A stretch of 64,000 nucleotides of DNA from Marsupella aquatica (taxonomy: Eukaryota > Plantae > Marchantiophyta). Shown one piece after another: positions 13,955-25,676 of the stretch. A program made the translations under genes and the position numbers. Position 1 is the first letter of the stretch. The number at the start of each line of letters is the position of its first letter. The notes under the pieces were generated by a model. It made no database searches. It had not been told where the DNA came from and saw only the letters and a program-made list of their open reading frames with translations. Location: contig OZ316899.1 of assembly GCA_973895155.1 (NCBI GenBank), positions 16,271,974-16,335,973 on the forward strand, given 5' to 3'.

Positions 13955-14651
13955 GTAAGTGTCTCTTTCAACATATTTCTATTCCAATCTCTCGGGGGTC
14001 TCACTATATGGAGGACCCCCCTTCACCTGCGACGTTTTCATGCCTAGACCCCCATACTTATTAAGTTGAATTTTTTTCCTCCCTCTTTCTTTCTTCTAAG
14101 AGTCTAAAATCCAATTTGTATTGCCCCTATAATTTGTGAAGTAAAGTGTCACATATCAATAAAAATGCCTTGAAAGAAAAGATAAGTCTATGTCAGTACC
14201 TTGTGAAGTCGTATGTCAGACATGGCACGCCCTGCAACAGTTCTTGCACCTTTTTTGACCTTAAACTTTGATAATTTCAATGCATCATTTATATTGTGTA
14301 CCTAAAGGTCATCCCAATATAAACCTTACGTACATAAGTGGGATGGCCTTTAAGGTCACAACATGAATAATCCATTCCACCCATTGATCACCAATCCCAT
14401 GCTCCATCCATACTCCATTGAAAACTTCTATTGAGAGATGTAACATGTGATGGAGGGGAATTGAACCCCTAATTGAGAAAGGATCTCAAGTTGCCAATCC
14501 GTCACCCCCTATCCTATCCCACTACACCCACTAACATTAACAAAACAAAACATATATACAGACTCTCAAAAACTAAACAGTAGCATGACATTCATACCAT
14601 TGTTTGAATTAAGTCCTTCATCTCAACATATTTTTGGTCGGGAGTCTATGT

Positions 14652-14904
14652 TTAGAGTGGGCTAGCGACTAGAAACGGATCCAACACATAGATACGATCC
14701 ATAACCCCTTCTTTCATGGTTAAGCTAACACTAGCAATGACCATTTCAATATCCATCCATTTCAAATTAGTGGTATCATATCTGAATTCACTTTTGCTCT
14801 TACCAATAGGACTATACCAATTTAACAACAGTTCACAAATGCTACTTGATTGCCCTGCGAGTGGAGTTGGCCTATCCATCAAATCAATTGGTGACCGACA
14901 ATTG
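14652..14904 (-). pseudogene. C-terminus of the element B transposase, separated by CACTA C
   Basis: Removing 14905-30238 and one TTG gives the in-frame reading KYGSRWGN-CRSPIDLMDRP..LLNWY.. Confidence 0.88.
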
Positions 14905-16207
14905 CACTAGAAGAAAACGTCCCCTTTTGAGACCCTATGCTTTGTGACTTTAGGGAGACTTTCAAAAATACATGACTCCAAGTTTAGGGGAGTCATTGTT
15001 GTTACATTTTATCAACTGATTTTTGGGGGATATTTGTGAAAGTCATTCCTACAACTTCTGATAAAGTAGCAATTGTAACACTAGTAGGGCAGTCATATGT
15101 AAGTTGAATAAGCTACTCTCCATTACGGCATTCTGAAATAGAGTGCAAGAAGGATTACATGCACTCTAGACATCACGGAATGTTCCATTTACAACCCTTG
15201 ACTTGCAATTTGCAGAGTCGGGAGCACTAGGTGCACATAGAAGGAATGGGGGTTTAGGGTTGCAGAACTAGTTAAATGTCTTCATGTCAAGAGCATTGTA
15301 GCTAGTTATCCTAGCTAGCCTAATTAAACGTGCATGGGAGTACTTGCCTCTATAATAGTAAGTCTTATGCTGCTCAATGGATTCCTTAGAGTTCATGGGC
15401 AACTTTGACAAGAATATTGGGGTGATATCATTTTCAATTCAGGGCTAAAGTAGTGTCTGGCCCCCATTCTTTGTCCACCCTCCCTAAGTGGCATGTGTAA
15501 GGGTTAATTTACAGTTGCGTTCTAAGAGGTTACAGTTGCGTTCATTTAATCTTTGCTCACAAAGTGTCGTGTCCAATTTGCTTTAGGGTACTAACATGTG
15601 TATCAACGGCTCATGTCAACGCAAAGTGGTCAAGGCTCATTGGGTTTGGTTCACTAAGTGTCACTAAGTGTTAAGGTATGCTTTGTGCGTGAGTGTGCCT
15701 TTGGACACGAGTTTAGGGTGCGCGGGTTTTGTTTAGGGTTTAAACACGCTAGCAGAGTGCAAAGTTCAGTTCAATGTGCGTGGGAACTCGGAGGGTTTTG
15801 TTTCAGAAAAACTCACTTGTCCATTACGGGGACATTCGTCGTGCCTGAAGGTCGTCACATTGTGCGCGGTCTCACAAAGTGGGGAGTGTGCTTCGCGATC
15901 GGGGCAGTTCCTTCGCGTAGGGGAGTTTTGCGCTTGGAGCTTGAAGGTTTACCTTCAAAGCTCTAGAGCATTCAAGCTGAGAGGGCGACCGGCTTGCGGA
16001 GTGGAGAGGTGAGCTGCAGTGGACGATGAGCTCTAGGACTGGGAGGAGCTGTGGGCGGGCAGGAGCTGCAATTTGGGAGCTGCTCTGGCCGCCGGTCTGG
16101 CCGAGGAGCTACGAGCGGAGAGCAGCTGGAGTGGAGCTCGAGTGGAGTGGAGCTGGAGTGGAGTGCTTCTGTCACACACTGCTGAGGATTGCTACGTAGC
16201 TTCAGTT

Positions 16208-16500
16208 TGGGAGGCGGTGCGAGCAGAGGTGCTGAGAGCGGCTCAGGTGCCAAAGGAGGTGGTGCAAGCGGAGGTGCGAGCGGAGGTGCTGAGAGCGGCT
16301 CAGGTGCCAAAGGAGGTGGTGCAAGCGGAGGTGCGAGCGGAGGTGCTGAGAGCGGCTCAGGTGCCAAAGGAGGTGCTGAGAGCGGAGGTGCGAGCGGAGG
16401 TGCTGAGAGCGGCTCAGGTGCCAAAGGAGGTGCTGAGAGCGGAGGTGCGAGCGGAGGTGCGAGCGGATGTGCTAAGAGCGGAGGTGGTAAGAGAGGTGCT
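16208..16500. repeat. GC-rich tandem repeat (~57-bp unit built from 12-15-bp subunits)
   Basis: ggtgctgagagcggctcaggtgccaaaggaggtggtgcaagcggaggtgcgagcgga, about 5 copies. Confidence 0.9.
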
Positions 16501-18204
16501 ATTGGATCACTGAGAAGGCTACAACCTCTCTATCTTATTCCTACTATCTGGCGGTTGCAGTTGGAAGGAGGGTCGAGTGGCGAACATTTTGTCAGTTGAG
16601 GACTCAACTGCGGGTTTGTCATTTCTTGGAGCTCAATCGCTTGCTACTAAGACTACTATTGCTGCAATTGCAAGTTGCTTGATCATGAGCTACCTAGCTC
16701 CATTGTGAGTTGCCTCCCTATTCTCCTTGTTCTCCCTGTCTCCCCCTTGCTTGCAGTTACTATCGCCAGGAAGAATGTGTTTGGCCAAGATGCTAGATTG
16801 CGACTTGTCTTCTTGCTTCTAGCTCGTGTATATGCTGGCATCCGTGGGGGTTCCTCGAGTTTGAGTCTGCAGAGGAAGAGTCTATCATAGTCTAATTAAA
16901 TGTGGGCCATATTACTCTGGTCAATGAATGAGTTCCCTGGAAATAGAACCTCTCTGATTATAGAGGTGCGATTTGGTCAGAATTTTTTCCCCTCTCATTG
17001 TATCCACTGATGCCAACTCACTTTCATCACCTCAATTCTGAACAATGAGCGTAGTCTCAGGCTCCATACTGCCTATACTGAATGGTCTAGCTGCGATGTC
17101 CACCTCGGCTGAAGTGAGCTCTGACTTGGAGCCTTAACATTTGTGTTCTGTGGGGCTGATTAGAGTTGGTTCCGTCCAGAAGCTGCTCTACTGAAGTGAT
17201 AGAGCTCCGGCTTGGAGGTGGATCTTCACTTTTTTGTGGGTCTGAGTGACTTCTGTCTAGCTGGGCTTAGCTGAGTCAGTAATACATTCAAAAGAGGTGA
17301 GTATCCCTGACCAACATTTATTTACTCTTGACCACGCCAAACTAATGGCGCTTCAATTTGAACTTTCTAAGTCTGACTGCTGACTCCGCTCCTTAAAACC
17401 TACCTTAATTATATTCATGTCTTTCTTTTGTGCATGCGCATAATGTCTTTCATTCAGTTTAACATTAAATGTGAGACGGGGCTGCATCCAGCTCTTCTAG
17501 ATGACAAGAAGGCATTGATTAGTTGCTTTTTGATCTTTCCTCACCAAACAAGAAATCTTTCTTACAAGAAACCTGTCTTACAAGAAATCCAGCCTGGCCG
17601 AGAAGCTGCAAGTGGGGAGGATGTCTGTAGAAATTTGTAAGGAGTGGTTTGTCTCACAATGCCATTGTTGATGAAACCTTGCTTCTGCTGATGAAACCTT
17701 GCTTCTTCTTAATCCCATGCTTGCTGCCTTGTTACAATGTTTGTCTAGTTGACCGCTTCAGTGCCTATTCTTCATTTCCTGTTGTTCCATTTTTGGAAAT
17801 TTATGCTTAAGGAACCTGCATTTCCTTCCCTGTCCCCATGCTATCTCCACTGCACCTTCCACTGCTAGCTATGTTGATTCCTTCCACTGCTAGCTCTAGA
17901 CAATGATGCAGTCCAAATGCTGATCAGTCTCACTGGGGGTGCCGGTGCAGACACAACTCGCACTGTGTGATTGTAGTTTTGCTTTGTCGGGACGAATGTG
18001 TTTGGCTAAGATGCTAGATTGTGGCTTATCTTCTTGCTTCCATCTCGTGTATATTCAATTAGTAGAAGCTGGGAACGAAGTGAAAATTGAATTTCCTTAT
18101 ATTAAGCATCCTCACCTAGAAACTCAATACATAAACTCCTGGAGTCCCTTGGGACATAAAATGAGCCAAATTGTTTCAAAATTGGGAACCTGCACCCGCA
18201 CTAC

Positions 18205-18546
18205 TCAAACAAATGTGTTGGGCTTGGTGGCCTTGTAAGTCGTCTTTAGCTTTCGCGATGGAGGTTGAATCTTGCGGTACGTCAAGGGGAACTTGATCTT
18301 TGAATCATGGAACTGCTTGGTACTTTCTCGCTTGCACAGAGAGACAGGGACTGTCGTAGTCTTGATGATCTGGATGCAAGGGAACCAAACTCTATGACAA
18401 GAAGCCATCTCATCATACATCTGCTCTACAGTGATGTTCAATGTGGTATCACGATATTTCTTGTACATGTTGGGATAACCTGTACGACTCTGATACCTCA
18501 CCCAGATACCGAAGTTCTTAATTGTGGTGGGCTTCTTTTCGAAGAT
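18205..18546 (-). pseudogene. RPL18a: Captured last exon of 60S ribosomal protein L18a (eL20)
   Basis: [68 protein letters not shown]. It starts at a cAG acceptor. The N-terminal exons are absent and conserved residues are substituted. Confidence 0.93.
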
Positions 18547-19555
18547 CTGGTAGACACATTATTCAGCATTTGCTAACTTCGAAACTAGAAGGGTAACACA
18601 TTAAACAACAGAGAAACTCACAACATCCTCCTTTGGTCCTTCAGAGTCTGTACTTTGATTATGAAGTTTGACTGAGTTTCTGTTTACTGAAAGAATGTGA
18701 CTGTGTAAGAGTTCCGTTTGGCAGTGGATTGGTTGAAGCACTTCATGCTAGTGTGTTGTCTACAGCTCTTCAACCAGCTTTCGTCTTCCTTGTCTTTCAC
18801 CACTTACGATGACATCAATTCAGCTAAGACCATAGAAGGTTCCAAAGCATCTAACTTGTAAAATTGCATTCTGTTACATCAAGGACTAAGGTGTTGGGTG
18901 CCAAAGGAGACAGCACAACAAACACGCTGAAAAGACTTCAGGACTGGGTTCAACAAGGTAGTGAAGGTGCTTAGAGCCTAGTAAGTATGCATTCTGTATC
19001 TTTCTCTGTTGATGTGAGCTTGTGCATAATGGGAGTTGTAGTTGGCAAGAGTTCCAAATATGAATAGATCCAGAAGTATGTGATCATGTACTTGCTCTAT
19101 AAAGTTCTGAAGATATAAGCATTTTCTGTTAGACCAGGCAACTTGGGAGTTGGTAAGTGTCACCTGCATCTGAGGGGCTACACCGGGGGCATCAGTGGAG
19201 GTTCACTTGCACAACACGACAACCAGTGAATTTTCTCTTTGCTGCAACCTGCAAGGTGAGACTTTCGGTCTTTCTGGATGAAAAAACAGGATTTTAATAC
19301 GATTGATATACATGTCCGTCGAGAATATGGGTTTATCACCAAGCTCTTTGTCTTTAGGAAACTCATAAACTCAGAATCAAATATGTACTATGCACGTTTC
19401 ATGCTATGTGTATACTATGACCTGTAGTTGGAACCAAGACAATGAGTGGGAACTGATTAGTTTAGGTGGTTGCTGTTGGCGAGGCAAGTCGACCTCCTGC
19501 TCACCTTGCTCATCAAAGGACGTGAACAGAGGACATCACAACGAAAGCAACACTT

Positions 19556-19927
19556 ATGGTGAGGACCCGCAACGCTGAACATGTGCGACTTGCACGCAAG
19601 GCAGAGATGTTGCGCCTTGAGTATGTCAGACTTGGGATCCTTCCAGCCCAGTCTGCATGGTACTTTGAGTACCCTGTTGTTTCCAGGAACAACTACAGCC
19701 GGCCTCTACCTGCTTCAGTACCCTTCCCGACATCCTTGGTATTTGTGTCTCTTGTACATGACCCGCCACAAATTAGGTGCCAAGGGTGTGTACACAGTTG
19801 CCAATATGACTGTCCTGCCTGTAGGGCTTCTGGCCCAAAATTGGATGACCGTTCTCTTGGATGCCAATTTTTGCACAGAGCACAATGTATCATCTGGAAC
19901 CACGCCATCCTGCAGTGTGCCTGGTGA
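19556..19927 (+). CDS. Small Cys/His-rich hypothetical ORF (CACTA cargo)
   Basis: 123-aa ATG-started ORF with CQGC..C..CPAC..C..H..C..H; no family recognised. Confidence 0.3.
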   Translation: MVRTRNAEHVRLARKAEMLRLEYVRLGILPAQSAWYFEYPVVSRNNYSRPLPASVPFPTSLVFVSLVHDPPQIRCQGCVHSCQYDCPACRASGPKLDDRSLGCQFLHRAQCIIWNHAILQCAW

Positions 19928-20620
19928 TGTCACTTGTCCTGCCCTCCCAGACCCCACCACCGGTGACTTTGGTGTCTACACATGTTTGGATCACATGCTC
20001 TAGAGGACCACTTGTCACACCGCATGCACAGACCAGATACCATTGACCTATAGCTTAACACTCTGACTTCAACACAGAGGATATTTACTTAAAATTTTGA
20101 TGTATGAGCAATTTTGGGTCCAGGGTTTAGGGTCAACAGTACATAACTTATATCCTATTATGCCTGCACTAAGCAAAATATCCTAATTTAAGAGGCTAGC
20201 AAACTCGCATAAAAGTCTCTATTGAAAGACTGCTTTCATGACTGCTTTAACCTGGTGAACATTGCAACGTTCAATGAATTAATGGGCCATGTGATAACCT
20301 GTAAAATGTGATTTATGCATCACTTATTTGTCTCAGCCACTATCATAGCCTATTTAGGATGTATAAATTTCAACCCTTATGACACTGCTTCATACCAATC
20401 CTCTTCGAAGAATGCGCGTTTTACATGTCACGACTATTGTATGTGATTCAAATGCATGAAATGTTGTTGCAGATCTCCTTTGGTGAATCATAGCCACAAT
20501 TAAAATTGAGGTGTTGGTGGAGCAATTGTATTAGGGGATCAGGTTTGTGTGTGGGCTCAACATACCAAAAGTATGTCTGCTCTGCATCCTTGTGTGGCCA
20601 TTCCAATTCATTGCAGTAGC

Positions 20621-20764
20621 AAATGCCTTTGTACCTTAAATGCTAAATATATTTTACTTTCTGTGCAGTCTGCTAAATTGTAGAGTCTATCTAAATGCCT
20701 TTGTACCTTAAATGCTAAATATATATTACTTTCTGTGCAGTCTGCTAAACTGTAGAGTCTATCT
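20621..20764. repeat. 72-bp tandem duplication just upstream of the PHD ORF
   Basis: aaatgcctttgtaccttaaatgctaaatata...tgtgcagtctgctaaa.tgtagagtctatct occurs twice. Confidence 0.9.
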
Positions 20765-20775
20765 CATGCGCAGGC

Positions 20776-21456
20776 ATGGCACGACCTAAAATTCAAGCCA
20801 AAAAGCGTGTGACAGAGGTGAGAAACACAGGTGTACTTGGGGCAGATGCTACTAACTTCTCTGCAAGTCAGATTTTCCAGAAGGCAGCTCATTGTTGTGC
20901 CATTTGTGACGATGGTGGGGGCCTGGTCATTTGTGAGGGCCCTTGCATGAGGCATTTCCACCTCAACCCGGAGTCTGACCTTGCTGCAGAAAACAACTGT
21001 CCAGGGGTGGGCCTCCCGTCAACACACCAGGGAGACTGGATGTGCACTAATTGTTTGGAGAAGCAGGCTAAGTGTGCACAGTGTGGGAAGTTGGGGTCCT
21101 ATGAGGGCTCTGTTGATGCTGCAGCAAATGTTAGGAAATGTCCAGACCGTTTTTGTGTGAGATTTTTCTGTTTTGAGTGTTTGCCTGCTCATGCCACAGC
21201 TTGCCCACTTCATAGGTGCAAGGCATGTGGTGAGCATGATCATGAGTACTGGACTGACATAGTCCACTGTGCTAGGTGTCCCACCATGTGGCACTATCAT
21301 TGCCTGAAAGATCGTCAAGCAGAGGGTTATGCTTGTGATAGAGAAATCTATGATCACTCTGCACATGGTGTTGATCGATGGATATTTTATTGTCATCGCC
21401 ATGCCATTGATCCTACCTCGCGCACTCCTGTGAGAGATCACATATCTTGGCTGTGA
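20776..21456 (+). CDS. Stand-alone EDM2-like atypical PHD-finger cluster protein (226 aa, intact)
   Basis: CAICDDGG..CEGPCMRHFH, C.NC..KQ..C..CGKLGS, CPLH.C..C, C.RCPT.WH..CL and YC.RH.ID....TPVRDHI follow the EDM2 PHD region as I recall it, including the TPVRDH tail. Confidence 0.88.
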   Translation: MARPKIQAKKRVTEVRNTGVLGADATNFSASQIFQKAAHCCAICDDGGGLVICEGPCMRHFHLNPESDLAAENNCPGVGLPSTHQGDWMCTNCLEKQAKCAQCGKLGSYEGSVDAAANVRKCPDRFCVRFFCFECLPAHATACPLHRCKACGEHDHEYWTDIVHCARCPTMWHYHCLKDRQAEGYACDREIYDHSAHGVDRWIFYCHRHAIDPTSRTPVRDHISWL

Positions 21457-22231
21457 AGCTGAACATTGTACATGCACAATGCACCTGATGTGGATGTACT
21501 ATTTTTTGAGATTGCAGAGATTCCAATTTTGAAAAGGAGTTGGGTAGGCAAGTTTATATAGGCAGCACTTATCTTGTGCGCTGGCGTCAGTGGCTGGGTA
21601 CATGCCTATAAAAACTTATCCTTACAAGCCTTCTTGGAAGTATTTAGGCTGAGTGGTCATTTTCATAAACACTTTCATCAGACTGCTAAATTAAAACAGG
21701 ACTTCTAAGTTGTAAGCGTATAAATTATCAGGCATGCGATTAATCAAATTGCCCTATAAGTTTGTCATTGAACGTATCCTCCTTTACAACAAAATATGTA
21801 TGTGCCATGACAAGTTGGTTGCACTTCATTTCACCTTCGATATGGATTTTGTAGTATATATTCAAACAATGTCCTGCATCCGTGCAGGTGCCTAGTACGT
21901 ATTGTTCACATATCCCTTGTACCTATCAAAATCAGACCTGAGCACCAGTGGGCCAGATCAACTCAAAAAGCAAGAATTTTGTTGTCCTTGTATTGTCAGG
22001 TGAACCCATTCTTCCAAAATTCACTGTCATCACGTAGGGTGTGTGTACATGGAGCCTGGGAAACGTAGAAAGTGTGACCACCCAGCAGTGTTTACAGGGG
22101 TCAGAGCCATTTTGGTCCATGGCCAGCATGGGTTGACCAAAGTGCATTGGCCAACTATACAGAAACGATTCTCTGAGCTCCATGGCACTGTAGTTCAGGA
22201 CATCACTCCATAGACTACACATGTTGTTGCA

Positions 22232-22921
22232 GGGACATGGCTATCAGTGATAAAGAAGTGGTCATGGTCCTACATGAATTATGCAATTACTAAGCAAGGC
22301 CTAAAAGTAGTTGAGGCCTCTTGGATCACAGATTCCATAGCACATCAGATTGTACAGGATACTGAGCAATATGAGTTGTGGGAGGATGAAGAAGCTACTG
22401 CATCAGCTTGGGCTGAACAAGAAGTCTGGGAAGCAAAGGCACGGCTTGCTGATGTCCAATATGGACCTGTACTCAACAAAGGACAGAGCTCTAGAAGGCT
22501 GAAGAGTATGTTGGCTGAGGAGACGAAGCAACCAACCCCCATTCTGAAAGGGCTGAGCATGGTATTTGTGGAGGCGGGAATTGGAGAGGTTAAGTGCAAA
22601 GTGTACAAGTCCACGGTGCTTGACCTAGGTGGGACAGTGGAGGAGAATATAACAGAGGACACCACTCATGTCATTACTAAGTCATATCCCAAAGCCTGCC
22701 GCAAGTTTGGGAAGGGAGACATTCGCTTTTATGTCATGTCCCATAATGTGTTTGTGGTTTCATATGCTTGGCTTGTGGAATCAGTAGCAGCTGGGAAGTG
22801 TCAAAACCCAATGGACTATGATCTTTTTGAGGCCTGGCCACGGAAGGGTCAGGATCCTTACAGAGAGGACTATGAGACAACAAGTGAGGAATGGGTCATT
22901 AACGATTCTGAATCAGAGTGA
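22232..22921 (+). CDS. BRCT-domain protein, last exon (one partial and one complete BRCT)
   Basis: KVVEASWITDSI..Y.L, then LKGLSMVF..LGGTV..TTHVI..VVSYAWLVESV..DYDL. An acceptor (ttgcAG) lies at ~22231. Confidence 0.8.
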   Translation, partial: GTWLSVIKKWSWSYMNYAITKQGLKVVEASWITDSIAHQIVQDTEQYELWEDEEATASAWAEQEVWEAKARLADVQYGPVLNKGQSSRRLKSMLAEETKQPTPILKGLSMVFVEAGIGEVKCKVYKSTVLDLGGTVEENITEDTTHVITKSYPKACRKFGKGDIRFYVMSHNVFVVSYAWLVESVAAGKCQNPMDYDLFEAWPRKGQDPYREDYETTSEEWVINDSESE

Positions 22922-23534
22922 GGAGTAGTAGCATCAGTTTGGACACAAGTTTTTTTGTATAAATCAGATCATTGAAATAAATGTGATCTTTGAACTAATG
23001 TACCTTGTTATGGTTGGTGGCAGTTGGGCTTATTTTACTGTTGGCGGATTGTTGTTTCCTGCTGCCTGGGGGTGTCACTGTAAACGTACTGGGTGGGCTC
23101 AAATCTCGGCGGTGAGATATCTGATACCGCTCTCACACCTATGCCTATGACTATACATGATTGGACTCTGATATAGTCATGGGTGTACATGCAAAGGCGG
23201 TACATTTGAGGACAGCTGTGGAGGTGGTGACACCCTCAAACATTGAGGAATTTTGTGTCATTCACTTGACAATAGGTACACTACTCGCAAACCTGTTTTT
23301 TTCTTTTGGGGTGGTTTAGGGTTTGTGAGAATTTATTACACGTTATGTTAACTCTTTTGGCACATACAGTCAGGGATATATGGAACACAAATACCACCAT
23401 TAGGCATCCCTGTTCACTGCTGTCCATGACTGCAGAGCTTCCAGCCTGTTACAATGCACCCTGGTCACCACCCTCCCCAAACCCAGCCCAGGGCACAGGC
23501 ACTGCCTTTGCATCATCCCACAAGGATATCACGC

Positions 23535-25520
23535 CATGATAATAAGCTTTGGCAGCGTGAAAGGTTACGAACCAGACTTTCAGGAGCCAGTAGGATGAGA
23601 TGTCCTTGTGCAATCTGCCAAGGATCCCGTACCAGGGGTCTGAATGAGGTTTGGCGGCATATCGCGGTTCATGGAAGAGATCCACGACATCGAGTTTGGA
23701 ATGATCCTGCAAAGGAAGATTCTTCCGACGAGGAGTGGAGGTTAGAATTTGATGCTGCCAATGCTGCAAGACGGGCAAGTGAGGTTCTGCCTGGTGCATT
23801 TGAAAATGTTGTAGCTGGTCTCTATGGGTTGTCAGCTCTCCAACGGGATGGTGCTCAGGCAGCACCACGTGACGAAGGAATTCATGTGGAAGAGATGGTG
23901 AGAGACATCTTCCAAGACTTGGATGCATTTCATGATGGGCTGGACAACGAAGAGGATACGGCTGCAGATGCAAGTGTGCCCCCTGTCGAAGAGCCTCTTG
24001 ATGAGTTTGAGATAGGGCAAGAAACCCCTGGGCATGATGGGATGTTTGGCTCTCCCCTGCAAATACAGGAAGGCAGGAAGTCTTTGTACCCCGGTAGCAA
24101 ATGTTCTAAACTGGGATTTGTCATCATGTTCCTAAACATTTGCGACAACCACAATGTCCCCAACGTTTTGGTTTCTGAGTTGTTGGCATTCTTGCGAACA
24201 ACTATGCTACCAGATGGTAATATTTTGCCCAAGAACATGTACGAGGCAAAAAGATGCCCTAAGTGTGGGAAGCACCTACTTGTCATGACCCACCTACTTG
24301 TCCATGTTGTGGAAGAGCTACACCAATTTGGGCCTGTGAGTGCTCGTTGGTTGTACCCTTTGGAACGGTACATGAAGCTACTCAAAGGTCACGTGAGAAC
24401 ATATTACAAACCTGAAGCAAGCATGGCTAAAGGTTACATCAAGGATGAGACTCTAGGATTTCTGACCGAATACATAGCACAATATGAGCATGTGAAGACC
24501 AGGGTGTGGAATTCTGATGAGGTGATAGGTGAAGTACTGGAAGGGGCTGCAACCACAAAGAACCTGACCATATCTATGAGAGACTTGGCACATGACTTTG
24601 TATTGCACAACACTGTGGTGATGGAACCCTGGATACAGTGAGTGCATACATGTGCTATAATCCAGTTCATGAGCTTAAATGTTGTGTTCGTGTGGTTTTC
24701 TCCTTCAGCCTGTTCATGTTTACCCAAGCTAATGCTGTGTGGTTGTTCGTTCAGGGAGTATGAGTCATTGAAGGCGGCCCATCCCACTACAGGAACAACT
24801 TTTCCAGGTTTCATGGAGTGGATCAGAGTGGCAATTAGAGAGCATCACGAGACCCACCCAGACATGGATGCAGATGTTTACCTACTGTCTAATGCCCCTA
24901 GCCTAAAAGTGAAGACTTACAAACGGATGAGAGCATATGGGAATCACTTTCGAGTGAAGGATGGTGACAGTGCCTATAGGGTGACGAATGACTGCGGGCT
25001 CATCACTGTATTTGAGCAACAGAGCCACAATCACGACAGGGCCTGGATGGAGATGGGATATGTGGGAGAATTAGTTGACATATGGGCTCTGGACTATGGG
25101 GCGGTGTCCAGTCCTGTGATTCTTATGAAAGGTTCATGGGTGCGGCAGGATTGGCTTGGTAACAGGGCTACCATGAAGAGAGACAACGACGGTTTCTTGC
25201 TAGCCAATTTCAGAGGGAAATTGCCCGAATGGTCTGAGCCATTTGTGTTTGCTAGTCAGGTGGAGCAAGCTTTCTTCCTGGATGTGGAAGACTCCCCAGG
25301 TTGGCGTGTAGTGTGTCATAAACAGGCCAGGCAACGTCGGATGGAAGGATCAAACCTTGAGTTTCATTTACACTCTCATAGTGCCTTTGATCGTCGGCGT
25401 TCAGACCAAGTGCCTGTAGTTCATGATAGCGGGGACTTCATTCCTGTGACAAGGGTAGATGCATTTGCTGAAGGAGGCGAATTCAGAGATGCAGATGCCA
25501 ACAGTGTGCCTGTGCCATGA
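23535..25520 (+). pseudogene. CACTA TnpD/Tnp2 transposase with the catalytic core deleted (exons ~23535-24637 and ~24755-25520)
   Basis: N-terminal CPC..C domain. LPKNMYEAK joins RCPKCGK and then directly MTHLLVH..GPV..RWLYPLERYMKLLK (DUF4218-like). DYG..W..EPFVFASQVEQAF is DUF4216-like. No Transposase_21-type core is present. Confidence 0.88.
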
Positions 25521-25676
25521 GTAATGTGAATTGTTTGCATGGACATTAGTGAGGGGAAGGATGTGTAATAAAGTAATTCTGAAGCAACACAGATGTATGG
25601 ATGGATGCCTGGTGATTGTGGTTGCATTGTGTTATACGGGGTGATCATAGATGACATGTTTTTGTGGTCCAGTAGG

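Noticed and set aside
15250-15745. TTTAGGG telomere-like words (also ~53857-53870)
   Set aside because: Only isolated copies or pairs, not an array.
15972-16599. Pro-rich or Gly-rich repeat proteins (extensin-like)
   Set aside because: The region is open in several frames on both strands because of the GC-rich tandem repeat; there is no supporting gene structure.
18205-18546. Functional RPL18a gene
   Set aside because: Only a single exon is present, conserved residues are altered, and it lies inside a CACTA.
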